Below are positions 1-9,753 of a stretch of 22,269 nucleotides of DNA, one piece after another. Source of the DNA: Cyanobacteria bacterium J06626_4 (GTDB taxonomy: Bacteria; Cyanobacteriota; Cyanobacteriia; Phormidesmidales; Phormidesmidaceae); NCBI GenBank assembly GCA_038523235.1, contig JBCBJQ010000099.1, forward strand, positions 1-22,269. The letters are read 5' to 3'. Made by a program: the position numbers and the translations under genes. The notes under the pieces are model-generated. The model made no database searches. It had not been told where the DNA came from and worked only from the letters and a program-made list of their open reading frames with translations. How positions within the stretch are numbered: position 1 is the first letter of the stretch; every line of letters starts with the position of its first letter.

Positions 1-137
1 TTGGCATCTAGAAGATAAATTCCCCAGCGCTGTACCCCGAAATACTCGCTGATATGATGCATCACCTTGCAACGTAGTGCTTGCTCAGTGGGTGCAGTCG
101 CGATTGCTTGAAACAACGGGTAAAGAGAGCGAGGCAT
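1..137 (-). CDS. N-terminal part of a cyanobacterial LuxR-family (C-terminal HTH) transcriptional regulator, running off the window edge
   Basis: Not in the ORF track. ATG at 137 opens MPRSLYPLFQAIATAPTEQALRCKVMHHISEYFGVQRWGIYLLDA with no stop before the edge. Resembles N-termini of cyanobacterial LuxR-type regulators (recalled); divergent from DJ-1/PfpI. Confidence 0.7.
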   Translation of the reverse strand, partial: MPRSLYPLFQAIATAPTEQALRCKVMHHISEYFGVQRWGIYLLDA

Positions 138-228
138 AGGAAAAGTGTACCCACTTGAGGTCTATTGGCGTTGACCGCCTTTCCCTACAATCGTTCCACA
201 AACCAGACGTTTCAAACAACAAAGAGTA

Positions 229-924
229 ATGTCTCAACTCCAAATTGGCTTTCTCGTTTATCCTGACGTCGTTCAGCTTGATGTGATGGGAGCTTATCAA
301 GTTCTGGCTTTTCCACCCAACACACAAGTGCATTTAATCTGGAAAACGCTGACCCCTATCACCAGCAACGAGGGTCTCATCTTTTCGCCAACCGTAACTC
401 TGGCGAATTGTCCACCGCTGGATGTGATTTGCATTCCAGGTGGGGGAATAGGACAAATTGAGGTGATGAAAGACCCGGAAATTTTGAGTTTTCTGCAACA
501 GCAATCAAACTTCACTCAATACGTGACGAGCGTCTGCTCAGGTTCGATGATTTTAGCGGCAGCAGGTTTGTTACAAGGCTACAAAGCGACCTGCCATTGG
601 GCTTTTCGAGATCAACTGGCAATGCTCGGAGTTGAAGTTGTGCCTCAGCGGGTAGTGATTGACCGCGATCGCGTCACGGGGGCTGGTGTCACGTCAGGAA
701 TCGATTTTGGATTAACACTGCTGGGCTTGCTTTGCGGTGAAGAGGTGGCGAAGATGACGCAACTGATGATGGAATATATGCCTGACCCGCCTTTTAATGC
801 CGGTACGCCAGAAGCAGCAGGTCAGGAAATCGTGGATTCATTGATGCAGCTCGGCAAACCGCTTCTGGATGCTTTCGCGGATCAAACAAGAGTCACCGCC
901 ACTCAACTCAGCCTCAAAAGTTGA
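229..924 (+). CDS. DJ-1/PfpI family protein (isonitrile hydratase-like)
   Basis: LDxxG, ICIPGG, catalytic VCSGS (Cys), ATCHW and TGAGVTSGIDF motifs; C-terminal EYxPxPPFNAGTP typical of the InhA-like subgroup. Confidence 0.92.
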   Translation: MSQLQIGFLVYPDVVQLDVMGAYQVLAFPPNTQVHLIWKTLTPITSNEGLIFSPTVTLANCPPLDVICIPGGGIGQIEVMKDPEILSFLQQQSNFTQYVTSVCSGSMILAAAGLLQGYKATCHWAFRDQLAMLGVEVVPQRVVIDRDRVTGAGVTSGIDFGLTLLGLLCGEEVAKMTQLMMEYMPDPPFNAGTPEAAGQEIVDSLMQLGKPLLDAFADQTRVTATQLSLKS

Positions 925-933
925 TTTTAATAC

Positions 934-969
934 TGCTGACCTCATCAGCATATAAAGACGGCGTCTTTA
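934..969 (+). terminator. Two adjacent short inverted repeats after DJ-1 gene, possible terminator or stabilising stems
   Basis: TGCTGA-cctca-TCAGCA (934-950) and TAAAGACG-g-CGTCTTTA (953-969); no strong U-tract. Confidence 0.3.
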
Positions 970-1200
970 CCAACAGCTCAGCAAGATAACGTATCGCAAC
1001 GTAGGCACGGCCCGCAGTTTTTAGCCGGTCTTTGACAAAATCTGCCCGCGAGGAATACGGAACGCCATAGCACGCCGCAGTTTGATTCGGTCACTCCAGA
1101 TGCCTGCAACCGTTATCTGACAAGCTTTTTAACTCCGACTTCCGACTTCTGCTATAAATGCTGAAGTTAGGCAAACGAATGTCATACTCGGCTGATCGGA

Positions 1201-1971
1201 TTATGGCACTAGCGTGGCACTGACCAACTGTTGCGTGTAGGGATGCTGTGGGTCATCGAGCACCTGATCGGTGAGGCCCGCTTCGACGACCTGACCGTTT
1301 TGCATCACCATTAGCCGGTGAGCCAGCAACCGCACCACACCAATATCGTGGGTCACTAGAATCACGCTCAGATGCAGCGTGCGCACTAGCGATCGCATCA
1401 AGTCCAAAAGTTTAGCCTGCACCGAGACATCTAACCCGCCCGTCGGCTCATCCATCAGCACCAGACGCGGCCGCGTCACCAAAATACGGGCCAGCTGTAG
1501 CCGCTGCTGCATTCCCCCCGAAAACGTACTCGGTAAATCATCCATCCGCTGATCCGGAATTTCGACTTCATTCAGCCACTGCAGCGCCTCCGTGCGAATG
1601 TTGCCGTAATGACGTTCTCCCACATCCAGCAGGCGCTCGCCGATATTGGCCCCTGCCGTCACCCCCAGACGCAACCCATCACGCGGATTTTGCCGCACCA
1701 AGCCCCATTCCGTCTTCATCAGTTTGCGGCGCTGGGGTTCCGGCAAAGTGCAGAGGTCCAGTAGAGACTCGCTGCGATCGCAATAGGTCATCGCGCCATC
1801 ATCAATCGGCAGCTCACCGGCAATACAGTTCAGCAGAGTGCTTTTGCCAGAGCCCGACTCGCCGATAATGCCCAGCACCTGACCGGGGTACAGCGCAAAC
1901 GAAATGCGATCGCAGGCCGCGATTGGGCCGTAGGTTTTACTCAGATCTTGAACGGTTAACAGCGGCTCCAT
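1201..1971 (-). CDS. phnK: Phosphonate C-P lyase system ATPase PhnK
   Basis: Walker A GESGSGKST, PhnK signatures QNPRDGLR and AGANIGERL...RHYGNIR, FSGGMQQR, MDEPTGGLDVSVQA, LDDPQHPYTQ. Start placed at ATG 1971 (MEPLL, GGAAGGGA upstream) instead of track start 2025. Confidence 0.93.
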   Translation of the reverse strand: MEPLLTVQDLSKTYGPIAACDRISFALYPGQVLGIIGESGSGKSTLLNCIAGELPIDDGAMTYCDRSESLLDLCTLPEPQRRKLMKTEWGLVRQNPRDGLRLGVTAGANIGERLLDVGERHYGNIRTEALQWLNEVEIPDQRMDDLPSTFSGGMQQRLQLARILVTRPRLVLMDEPTGGLDVSVQAKLLDLMRSLVRTLHLSVILVTHDIGVVRLLAHRLMVMQNGQVVEAGLTDQVLDDPQHPYTQQLVSATLVP

Positions 1972-2024
1972 GTCCCTTCCTGTCATCTGATCAAACTTGA
2001 ATCCTGGCAATGCGACCGGCATCA

Positions 2025-3167
2025 CTAGCTACTGTTCGCTTCTTGCCTCAGGTTTTGCGCATCTAAATAAAGCTGAGCCCACTCACCCGTAACTTGCTTC
2101 GGCTTCAGGTTAGTCGACTGAGCGATTTCGTCAAAGGTTTGCCCCGACTTGAGGCTCTGCAGAATCTTTCGCTGCAGCGGATTGCAGGCCGCCTGAAACT
2201 CTTCCCACTGTTCAGGAATCAGGCCCAAATTATGATCCTTCAAAGAGGTCTGCAGCCAGCCCAACACCAGATCAGGCTGCTCTTTGAGGGTAAACACCCG
2301 AATGGCGTGATAGCGGATTTTTTCGCGCAGGCGGTAGGCTTCCTTGGTGGATAAGTCGAGCCGTTGAGAAATCATTTCTTGGGTAAACCCCTGCAGGTGC
2401 AGTTCTAGCCACTGCACGGCGGTGGCATCAAGCGTGTCATGCAGGTAGGTGGCAAACCCCGTTTTGACCTGTTCTCGCATGGCCTGGGCTTCTTCGGCCT
2501 GGGTTTGCGATTCATACTTCGAGACGGCTTCGACATCCAACAAACTCATCGAAGAGTCGGGGTCATCAGTGCCAATTTCTTCGGAAATGAGGCGAATCAT
2601 TTCTCCAGAGGGAATGTTGGTCATGCCGCCGCGCTGCGATCGCCGCAGATAGTTGACAAAGCGATAGACCAACAGCGGCTGATTACGAATGGGTCGCAGA
2701 CAATATTCTTCAATCGTGGCCAGCATCAGCAGATTTCGCACCTGCGATCGCGGCGAGCATTCGCCAATCCAGCGCACCTGCTCCTTTAAATAGCGATCAC
2801 TCTGCAGCATTTCTTGAATGACTTCCTGCAGCACATCCGTTACGGTGCGGCGGCGATCGCGGCTAAGGGCAATCCAGGTGCGCACTTTGCTCCGCACCAA
2901 AAACAGGCTGCTCAACCGTTTAATCAGGTTGCGATAGGCACGGTCAGGGCCAACGTTCCAATAGCGCTGCCGCAAAATTTGGTAACGATATTCCAGCGCT
3001 TGAGCCAATACCTTCTGCTTAGTTGCGTCAACAGCTTCATCAAACCGCTCAGGATTTGGCCCTAACAGCCACACCAAAATGCTTTGCCGGGAATTATCAC
3101 TCTCTTCGGCAAGCTCAGTCGCCAACTTCGTTGACCATCTCTGAGTAATGTCATCTACCGCCGTCAT
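2025..3167 (-). CDS. HetZ-related protein (HetZ-related protein 2 type), probable DNA-binding regulator
   Basis: WLLG...YRYQILRQRY...IALSRDRRRTVxDVLQEVIQE...EEYCLRPIRNQPLLVYRFVNYLRR pattern; sigma-region-4-like HTH segments (QGFTQEMISQRL, GQTFDEIAQ). Confidence 0.8.
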   Translation of the reverse strand: MTAVDDITQRWSTKLATELAEESDNSRQSILVWLLGPNPERFDEAVDATKQKVLAQALEYRYQILRQRYWNVGPDRAYRNLIKRLSSLFLVRSKVRTWIALSRDRRRTVTDVLQEVIQEMLQSDRYLKEQVRWIGECSPRSQVRNLLMLATIEEYCLRPIRNQPLLVYRFVNYLRRSQRGGMTNIPSGEMIRLISEEIGTDDPDSSMSLLDVEAVSKYESQTQAEEAQAMREQVKTGFATYLHDTLDATAVQWLELHLQGFTQEMISQRLDLSTKEAYRLREKIRYHAIRVFTLKEQPDLVLGWLQTSLKDHNLGLIPEQWEEFQAACNPLQRKILQSLKSGQTFDEIAQSTNLKPKQVTGEWAQLYLDAQNLRQEANSS

Positions 3168-3320
3168 GCTACCGGTACCTAGTCCAGCTCATAGCTGATT
3201 GTAGGGTGTATCGGAAAACCCTGCTGCTACTCACAACAAAGACGTCAACAAATCAAGCAAAAATGCTCTAATCACAGCCAATCTAGCCACTGTCTGCGGC
3301 TGTCAGGGATATTTCAACAC

Positions 3321-3338
3321 CATTGATATTGATCAATG
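3321..3338. promoter_or_regulatory. Perfect 7-4-7 palindrome CATTGAT-ATTG-ATCAATG (FNR/CRP-family-like site)
   Basis: Contains TTGAT-N4-ATCAA in the divergent intergenic region between the HetZ-related and GNAT genes. Confidence 0.45.
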
Positions 3339-3505
3339 CCGTGATTGAAAAGCGACGTTCCAGAGTTTATAAATCCTATCAAACTCCTTATCACTAGAGG
3401 TTTAACCCACTCACTCGCGATCGCCCCGCCCCCGTTCTAAACAGCTGCACTTAGTCGGGGCGATCGGGTGTTAGCGCCCTCACCCCACCGCTGCTCTTAG
3501 TCGGT

Positions 3506-3991
3506 ATGCTGGGCATGATTTTTACGGTGAAAAAAATGTTGACGGTTCGTGAAGCGAACAAAAGCGATAACGGGATAATTGCCGAGCATCTGCGCTTGAT
3601 TGCCCTTGAACTCGGTTTCTCAGATGACACGATTCGACATGATTGGCTAGAAACCACCGTTCACTTTATTGAGCGGGCTCGCCAAGAGCTGGGTTACAAA
3701 GGGTTCATTGCCGAAAGCCAGGGTGAAATTATTGGCTCCGCTAGCGGTCAAATTTTAGAACTGTATCCCATGGTCAGCGAGGCTTATCAGAAGGGCTACA
3801 TCTGGGGCGTCTATGTCGATGTAGCTTACCGGAGACAGGGGATAGCGACCCAACTCATACAGCAGACAACGCACTACTTAAAGGAGATTGGCTGCACCAA
3901 AATCGTTCTCCATGCCTCGGATCAGGGCAAAAAGCTCTATGCCAGCCTCGGTTACCAAGAGAGTAATGAGATGATATTTAGTCTTAGCTGA
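3506..3991 (+). CDS. GNAT family N-acetyltransferase
   Basis: Motif A VYVDVAYRRQGIA and motif B LHAS..GKKLYASLGY; true start may be ATG 3515 or 3536. Confidence 0.9.
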   Translation: MLGMIFTVKKMLTVREANKSDNGIIAEHLRLIALELGFSDDTIRHDWLETTVHFIERARQELGYKGFIAESQGEIIGSASGQILELYPMVSEAYQKGYIWGVYVDVAYRRQGIATQLIQQTTHYLKEIGCTKIVLHASDQGKKLYASLGYQESNEMIFSLS

Positions 3992-4328
3992 TGTCACCTG
4001 TGTTGACACTGAGACCGCCAACGAGCGCGACTTTCAGCTGAGCAGCCAGCACGACCCAGCGTGGATGTCTGCCAAACCAAAGTGTCGTCGGGCATCGCAT
4101 CACTCCTAAGCTGTCATTGGAAGGTGGTGAAGATGAGGAATAACACCGATTCTGCACCGTAGCGCTACAGATCGGGGATCCCCCGCTGTCGCTGCCCCCT
4201 TCGACAAGGGGGCTATACACTTTTTTGATGTGTAGTCCAAATTCAGCGAATTGGGATAATGCTCTAATGTTGCACTGCCCAGTGTTACCGAGTCGAGCAT
4301 TCAGGCACTGCTGGCGATCACACTCCAC

Positions 4329-4360
4329 AAAAAAATGGAGCGGCCCATCGGCTGCTCCAT
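4329..4360 (-). terminator. Rho-independent terminator downstream of the 59-aa ORF
   Basis: Minus strand ATGGAGCAGCC-gatg-GGCCGCTCCAT (11-bp stem, one mismatch) running into a run of 7 T. Confidence 0.65.
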
Positions 4361-4424
4361 CGCTTATGACAGTTTTTAAGCTCGTGCTTTGTAACCGGTA
4401 GTCAAACGCAAGTCTTGGTGGCAA

Positions 4425-4604
4425 TCAATCAGCCGCGCGCCGCGATCGCGGTGCTTCTTCAAAGGATTGAACGATCGCCCAAAACACCCGAATCGTTAGC
4501 ACCGACAACGCCACGATGGCCATTAGCGTGAGCGTTGCGTGGGGTGCCAATACCGTTATGAGCAAACCACTCACAATCAAGAGAAGCAACAGGGTCCTAT
4601 CCAT
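4425..4604 (-). CDS. Small membrane protein, 59 aa, two hydrophobic helices, unknown function
   Basis: Below the track cutoff. MDRTLLLLLIVSGLLITVLAPHATLTLMAIVALSVLTIRVFWAIVQSFEEAPRSRRAAD; GGAGG 5 nt before ATG; terminator about 65 nt downstream. Confidence 0.75.
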   Translation of the reverse strand: MDRTLLLLLIVSGLLITVLAPHATLTLMAIVALSVLTIRVFWAIVQSFEEAPRSRRAAD

Positions 4605-4940
4605 ATCGCCCTCCGGGGCATTACCTGACCTACCCCTTTATCGTAGACATTCAATAGGTATCATTGGGGATCTCTTAGAATTACTTGAAGATCGACGGGT
4701 GAACCGCAATGTTTTGTTGCAGTTCATTAATTTCGTGATGATCTCTGGAGCGGCTTAGCCGCGAGATCATGTCATCGTTTGTCGGGGATCGATAATTGTG
4801 AAAATCAGGTCAAAATCGCAATCGGTCTCACTTTTTCGATGAAATCGTTGATCTTATCGAAATCGTGACTCGCTCATGCCTGACATGGATACAATTTCAC
4901 ACTCTCGTTAGGCTCAATTAAGCTTCTCACAGTCATCTAT

Positions 4941-4956
4941 TGTAACGACGGCTACA
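4941..4956. promoter_or_regulatory. Candidate NtcA box TGTA-N8-TACA
   Basis: TGTAACGACGGCTACA matches GTA-N8-TAC with flanking T/A, but no canonical TAN3T was found 22-23 nt away. Confidence 0.3.
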
Positions 4957-4984
4957 AAATCGTGATTCCTATCCTTTGCTCGGT

Positions 4985-5611
4985 TTAAGGTGTCGAAAAA
5001 CCGTTAAGAATAAATTTCAAAGCAGCGGAACCGCCCTGCACCCCGGCAAACAGAATCACCGCCACCAAGCTGCCTCCTAATGCGCAGATCGACAACCCCA
5101 CCAAACTGATAAAGCCGTCATCATCTAATAACCCGAGCCCCGTCATAAAAATGCCGATTGCCGGGATAGTATTCGTCCCCGGAATTGGCACCATCATGCA
5201 CATCGCCATCAGCGCGATCGCGCAGCCTAAAACTGCTCGACCGGCATAGCTGGTGCAGACAGTGGTGAGGCGAGGCCGTGAAAGCACTTCCACTCGCTTG
5301 AGCCAGGGCAGACCTGTACGAACGATTTTTTGGATTTGTTTGAGGTTAAATCCCTTATTTTTCCAATTATCGGGAAGCCAGGGCCGCTGCCGCCCACCGA
5401 TGAGCTGCACCGCCAGCAAAAACATCACAATGCCAAAGGGAATCGAGTAGCCCGGTGCCGGTACGGGTAACGCTGACGGAAACGCCAGCAGCACAAACAA
5501 AAAGCCAAAGGTGCGCTCACCTGCCAACGCGAGAATATCGGCTAGCGTCACCTGCTCATTGCGGGACTCATCAAAAAAGAACGTTTCGAGTTCAGCCGAC
5601 AGACGGGCCAT
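4985..5611 (-). CDS. exoD: Exopolysaccharide biosynthesis protein, ExoD family
   Basis: TLADIL...GERTFG...LAFPSALPVP..G, PWLP, PIPGTNTIPA, DDG motifs; several TM helices. Confidence 0.88.
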   Translation of the reverse strand: MARLSAELETFFFDESRNEQVTLADILALAGERTFGFLFVLLAFPSALPVPAPGYSIPFGIVMFLLAVQLIGGRQRPWLPDNWKNKGFNLKQIQKIVRTGLPWLKRVEVLSRPRLTTVCTSYAGRAVLGCAIALMAMCMMVPIPGTNTIPAIGIFMTGLGLLDDDGFISLVGLSICALGGSLVAVILFAGVQGGSAALKFILNGFSTP

Positions 5612-5705
5612 AGATCAACACTCACAACCACAGTGTGTTTATTATTCACGACAGCGAGGGGAAGAAGAACACTCTGGCTCTGGGCTCTTGATTTTAGAGA
5701 GCAAA

Positions 5706-5815
5706 GGGTTTAGGGAGCGAGGGGAGCAGAGGAAGTGGGGAGTGAGAGGGTTGGGGGCATTGAGAATTTTGAGGACGGAATGCGGAGTGGGGGGAGTAGA
5801 GGGGTGAGAATCGGG
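5706..5815 (+). repeat. Purine/G-rich degenerate short tandem repeats (STRR-like)
   Basis: Recurrent GGGGAG, GGGAGT and GAGAGGG units in the intergenic region. Confidence 0.5.
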
Positions 5816-5982
5816 ATAAGACGCTGTCATCAAAGCGTCTTCGCTGACACTGGCGCGACTCCCCATCGTTAGCAAGTACTCCGCGTGAAAGTAACCTTCC
5901 TGCTCCCTAGCTCCCCGGCCCCCAGCGCTATTATGTTGCAGACTTAAATACTCGTCTCGGCTCTCATGCATCAAAGCTGCAG

Positions 5983-6555
5983 CTAAAAGCTTGGTTGCAG
6001 GTAGCCTACAAAGTACACCACCAGGTAAATCCCGTTGAATAGCAGGATGAGGGCGCGGCTCCACCGCGATCGCAGGCGTCGCCACAGTACGATGCTCGCC
6101 AACGCGACCAAACTCAGCTCGGCAAGTGCCCCATAGCGGCCAAAATGATCGCTATCCCAATAAGAGACGGGGCTAATGAAGCGATAGTTGCTCAGCGGCC
6201 AAAAATGTCGATGGGCGTCGTCATGGTGCAGGGGCAGATCTTCGAGGTGGTGCAACAGCATACTGGCGCAGATTGCCGTGAGTCGGGGGCGCTTTAAGAA
6301 AATACAAAGCACCAGCCCCAACAGCGCTAGGGGAATCGAGTTGCCGATCGCAAAAATGTCTTGCCAAAGGGGATCGTAGTATGTGTCTCGCCAGATCTGT
6401 GCTTCGGGAATGTTCGACCACCGCGCCCAAGCGTAGAAAACGAACAGCGCCGCATCGGGCAGCCAGCTGCCGATCAAAATGGGCCAGGTCAACTCTGGCC
6501 GCTGCGCTCGACCGAGAATCGCTAAATTGAGAAGACTATGACCGGGGGTATTCAT
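5983..6555 (-). CDS. Membrane-bound putative metal-dependent hydrolase (YbcI/YdjM-like superfamily)
   Basis: N-terminal MxTPxH, G..LPD, HxxxD..LHHDD.H..FWP motif; about 4 hydrophobic segments. Confidence 0.65.
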   Translation of the reverse strand: MNTPGHSLLNLAILGRAQRPELTWPILIGSWLPDAALFVFYAWARWSNIPEAQIWRDTYYDPLWQDIFAIGNSIPLALLGLVLCIFLKRPRLTAICASMLLHHLEDLPLHHDDAHRHFWPLSNYRFISPVSYWDSDHFGRYGALAELSLVALASIVLWRRLRSRWSRALILLFNGIYLVVYFVGYLQPSF

Positions 6556-6566
6556 TTAGTAAGGCT

Positions 6567-7751
6567 ATGACGACACAAAAGCGACCCATTTATTTAGACT
6601 GCCATGCGACCACCCCCGTTGATCCGCAGGTGATGGCGGCGATGCTGCCCTTTTTTACCGAGCAGTTTGGCAATCCAGCCAGTTCGGCTCATGCGTATGG
6701 GTGGGAAGCGGAAGCCGCCGTACAGCGATCGCGGGAAATTTTGGCCGCTGGCATCAACGCCACCCCGGAAGAAATTGTGTTCACCAGCGGGGCCACGGAA
6801 GCTAACAACCTGGCCATTAAAGGCGTCGCCGAAGCTTACTTTAGTCGCGGTCGCCACCTTGTGACCGTGCAGACTGAACACAGTGCGGTGCTCGACCCCT
6901 GCCGCTATTTAGAGACGCTGGGTTTTGAGGTCACCTATTTGCCCGTGCAGCCCGATGGCCTGCTTGATGTGGCGGCACTAGAGCGATCGCTGCGAGCCGA
7001 CACCGTCTTGGTTTCGGTCATGGCTGCCAACAACGAAATCGGCGTGCTGCAGCCCCTGGCAGCGATTGGCCAGCGTTGTCGCGATCGCGGCATTTTGTTT
7101 CACACCGATGCAGCGCAGGCGATCGGCAAGATTGAGTTGGATGTGCAGGCCCAGTACATCGACCTGATGTCAGTCACCGCCCACAAGGTCTACGGCCCCA
7201 AAGGCATCGGTGCGCTCTATGTGCGGCGGCGCGATCCGCGCGTCAATCTGGCGGCTCAGCTGCACGGCGGCGGGCACGAGCGCGGTCGCCGCTCGGGGAC
7301 GCTGTATACCCCGCAAATTGTCGGCTTCGGGGAAGCGTTGCGACTGGCCTGGGCCAACCAGGATGCCGAGAAGTTGCGTCTACAAGGCTTGCGAGATCGC
7401 CTTTGGCAGTCTTTACAAACCCTGGCAGGCATTGTTCGCAACGGCCACGCCACCCAGCGACTGGCGAACAATCTCAATGTGAGCATTGCTGAGGTCGATG
7501 GCCAAGCCCTGCTGCTGGCCTTGAGAACCGTGGTGGCCCTATCGTCAGGGTCTGCCTGCAGCTCTGCCAGCACCGCTCCCTCTCATGTGCTCAAGGCGTT
7601 GGGCCGAGACGATGATTTGGCCTATGCCTCGCTACGGTTTGGCTTGGGCCGCTTCACCACTGCAGAGGAAATTGACCGGGTCGCCCACCACTGCCGCGAA
7701 ACGATTTTGGCGCTGCGGCAATCGGGACGCCCGGTTTCCATCTATGGATAA
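6567..7751 (+). CDS. iscS: Cysteine desulfurase, IscS/NifS group I
   Basis: IYLDCHATTP, FGNPAS, FTSGATE, HTDAAQ, PLP lysine in TAHKVYGPKG, RSGT, catalytic SSGSAC. Confidence 0.95.
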   Translation: MTTQKRPIYLDCHATTPVDPQVMAAMLPFFTEQFGNPASSAHAYGWEAEAAVQRSREILAAGINATPEEIVFTSGATEANNLAIKGVAEAYFSRGRHLVTVQTEHSAVLDPCRYLETLGFEVTYLPVQPDGLLDVAALERSLRADTVLVSVMAANNEIGVLQPLAAIGQRCRDRGILFHTDAAQAIGKIELDVQAQYIDLMSVTAHKVYGPKGIGALYVRRRDPRVNLAAQLHGGGHERGRRSGTLYTPQIVGFGEALRLAWANQDAEKLRLQGLRDRLWQSLQTLAGIVRNGHATQRLANNLNVSIAEVDGQALLLALRTVVALSSGSACSSASTAPSHVLKALGRDDDLAYASLRFGLGRFTTAEEIDRVAHHCRETILALRQSGRPVSIYG

Positions 7752-7818
7752 ATTGTTGAGTTCTGGCTCGAGGAAGTCATCGAATGACAGATGTATCCCT
7801 TCACCCATGCCTGAGCAG

Positions 7819-8652
7819 CTATTTGACAAAGCCCTTTCTCAAATAGCTGCTCAGGCTATCGACCATCGTCACCATGACTAAAACCACAATCAGCAGCGCC
7901 GAAACCTGCTGATATTGCAAAATTCTGAGGGCGCTAATGATCTCTAGGCCAATGCCTCCGGCGCCGACCGCGCCCAAGACCATTGACGCCCGAAAGTTAT
8001 ATTCCCACCGATAAAAGGTGACATCGGCCATCTGCGGAAACACCTGAGGCAGCACGCTGTGGACAATCACCTGGGGTTCAGTCGCCCCCACAGAACGGGC
8101 CGCTTCGACGGGGGCCGGATTGCTGAGCTCAATGGTCTCCGCAAAAAATTTACCCACCATGCCTACAGAATGTAGACCCAAGGCCAACGTCCCCGGCAGT
8201 TTGCCAAACCCCACAGCAGCGACCAAAATCATCCCGAGAATCAGTTCAGGAATGGCCCGAGCGATATTCAAGAGCGTCCGCGTCAAGTGAAAGAGTACCG
8301 GGTGCGGGGTCGTATTGCGGGCCGCCAAAAAGCACAGCGGTAAGGAGAGACCGATCGCGATCGCGGTGCCGGCAACGCTCATGGCCAGCGTGTCGACAAT
8401 GGGCCTAATCCACTGGGGAAAGCGGCTAAAATCCGGAGGCAACATTTCGCTCAGGAGCTGCACAATCGCCGGGATGCCTTCGACTAATCGCTCACCATCG
8501 AACAGCTCTACCACGACAAAACTGATGACGATCACAACCCCCAGCAGGAGCGATCGCACCAATTGCTGCCGCCATCCCCGCTGGTACTGGCGCAGCAGGC
8601 AGCTAATGGATGCATCCGAAACATTGGCAATGGGGTCGGTAGGGCTGTTCAT
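7819..8652 (-). CDS. phnE: Phosphite/phosphonate ABC permease (PtxC/PhnE type)
   Basis: PPDF, RAIPELI, G.GKFFAE.IE, EAA loop, YRWEYNFRAS.VLG.VGAGGIG. Start set to ATG 8652, just after the binding-protein stop; the track start 8736 overlaps it. Confidence 0.92.
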   Translation of the reverse strand: MNSPTDPIANVSDASISCLLRQYQRGWRQQLVRSLLLGVVIVISFVVVELFDGERLVEGIPAIVQLLSEMLPPDFSRFPQWIRPIVDTLAMSVAGTAIAIGLSLPLCFLAARNTTPHPVLFHLTRTLLNIARAIPELILGMILVAAVGFGKLPGTLALGLHSVGMVGKFFAETIELSNPAPVEAARSVGATEPQVIVHSVLPQVFPQMADVTFYRWEYNFRASMVLGAVGAGGIGLEIISALRILQYQQVSALLIVVLVMVTMVDSLSSYLRKGFVK

Positions 8653-8665
8653 CAGGGGGGATGCG

Positions 8666-9595
<930 letters not shown>

Positions 9596-9753
9596 CTAAC
9601 GCTTTGCTTCTAGTACGGTGTTCTAATGCTTTGAAAGGCGCTTTTATGCGTGATGAATAATCTAACGTGAAAACCGGGATCTCTAGCCTGACCGACGGGG
9701 TTGATTGATGTGAGACGACCTTGCCTGCGCCCACTCAAATCTGGCGGTCAGGA

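Noticed and set aside
146..164. LuxR/NarL-type operator TACCCAC-TT-GAGGTCT
   Set aside because: Position is plausible but symmetry is too weak to support a call.
1132..1172. TCCGACT repeats and a GTTAGGC core
   Set aside because: Only about two repeat units and no paired arm; not enough for a feature.
3984..4424. 146-aa minus ORF and short ORFs after AGGAG near 4105
   Set aside because: Crosses a terminator and hairpins and has no recognisable motif; short peptides unsupported.
5642..6085. 147-aa minus ORF
   Set aside because: Overlaps the hydrolase gene and merely reads through low-complexity repeats.
7752..7818. ptxD remnant after the permease
   Set aside because: The minus-strand translation shows no resemblance to a D-2-hydroxyacid dehydrogenase N-terminus.
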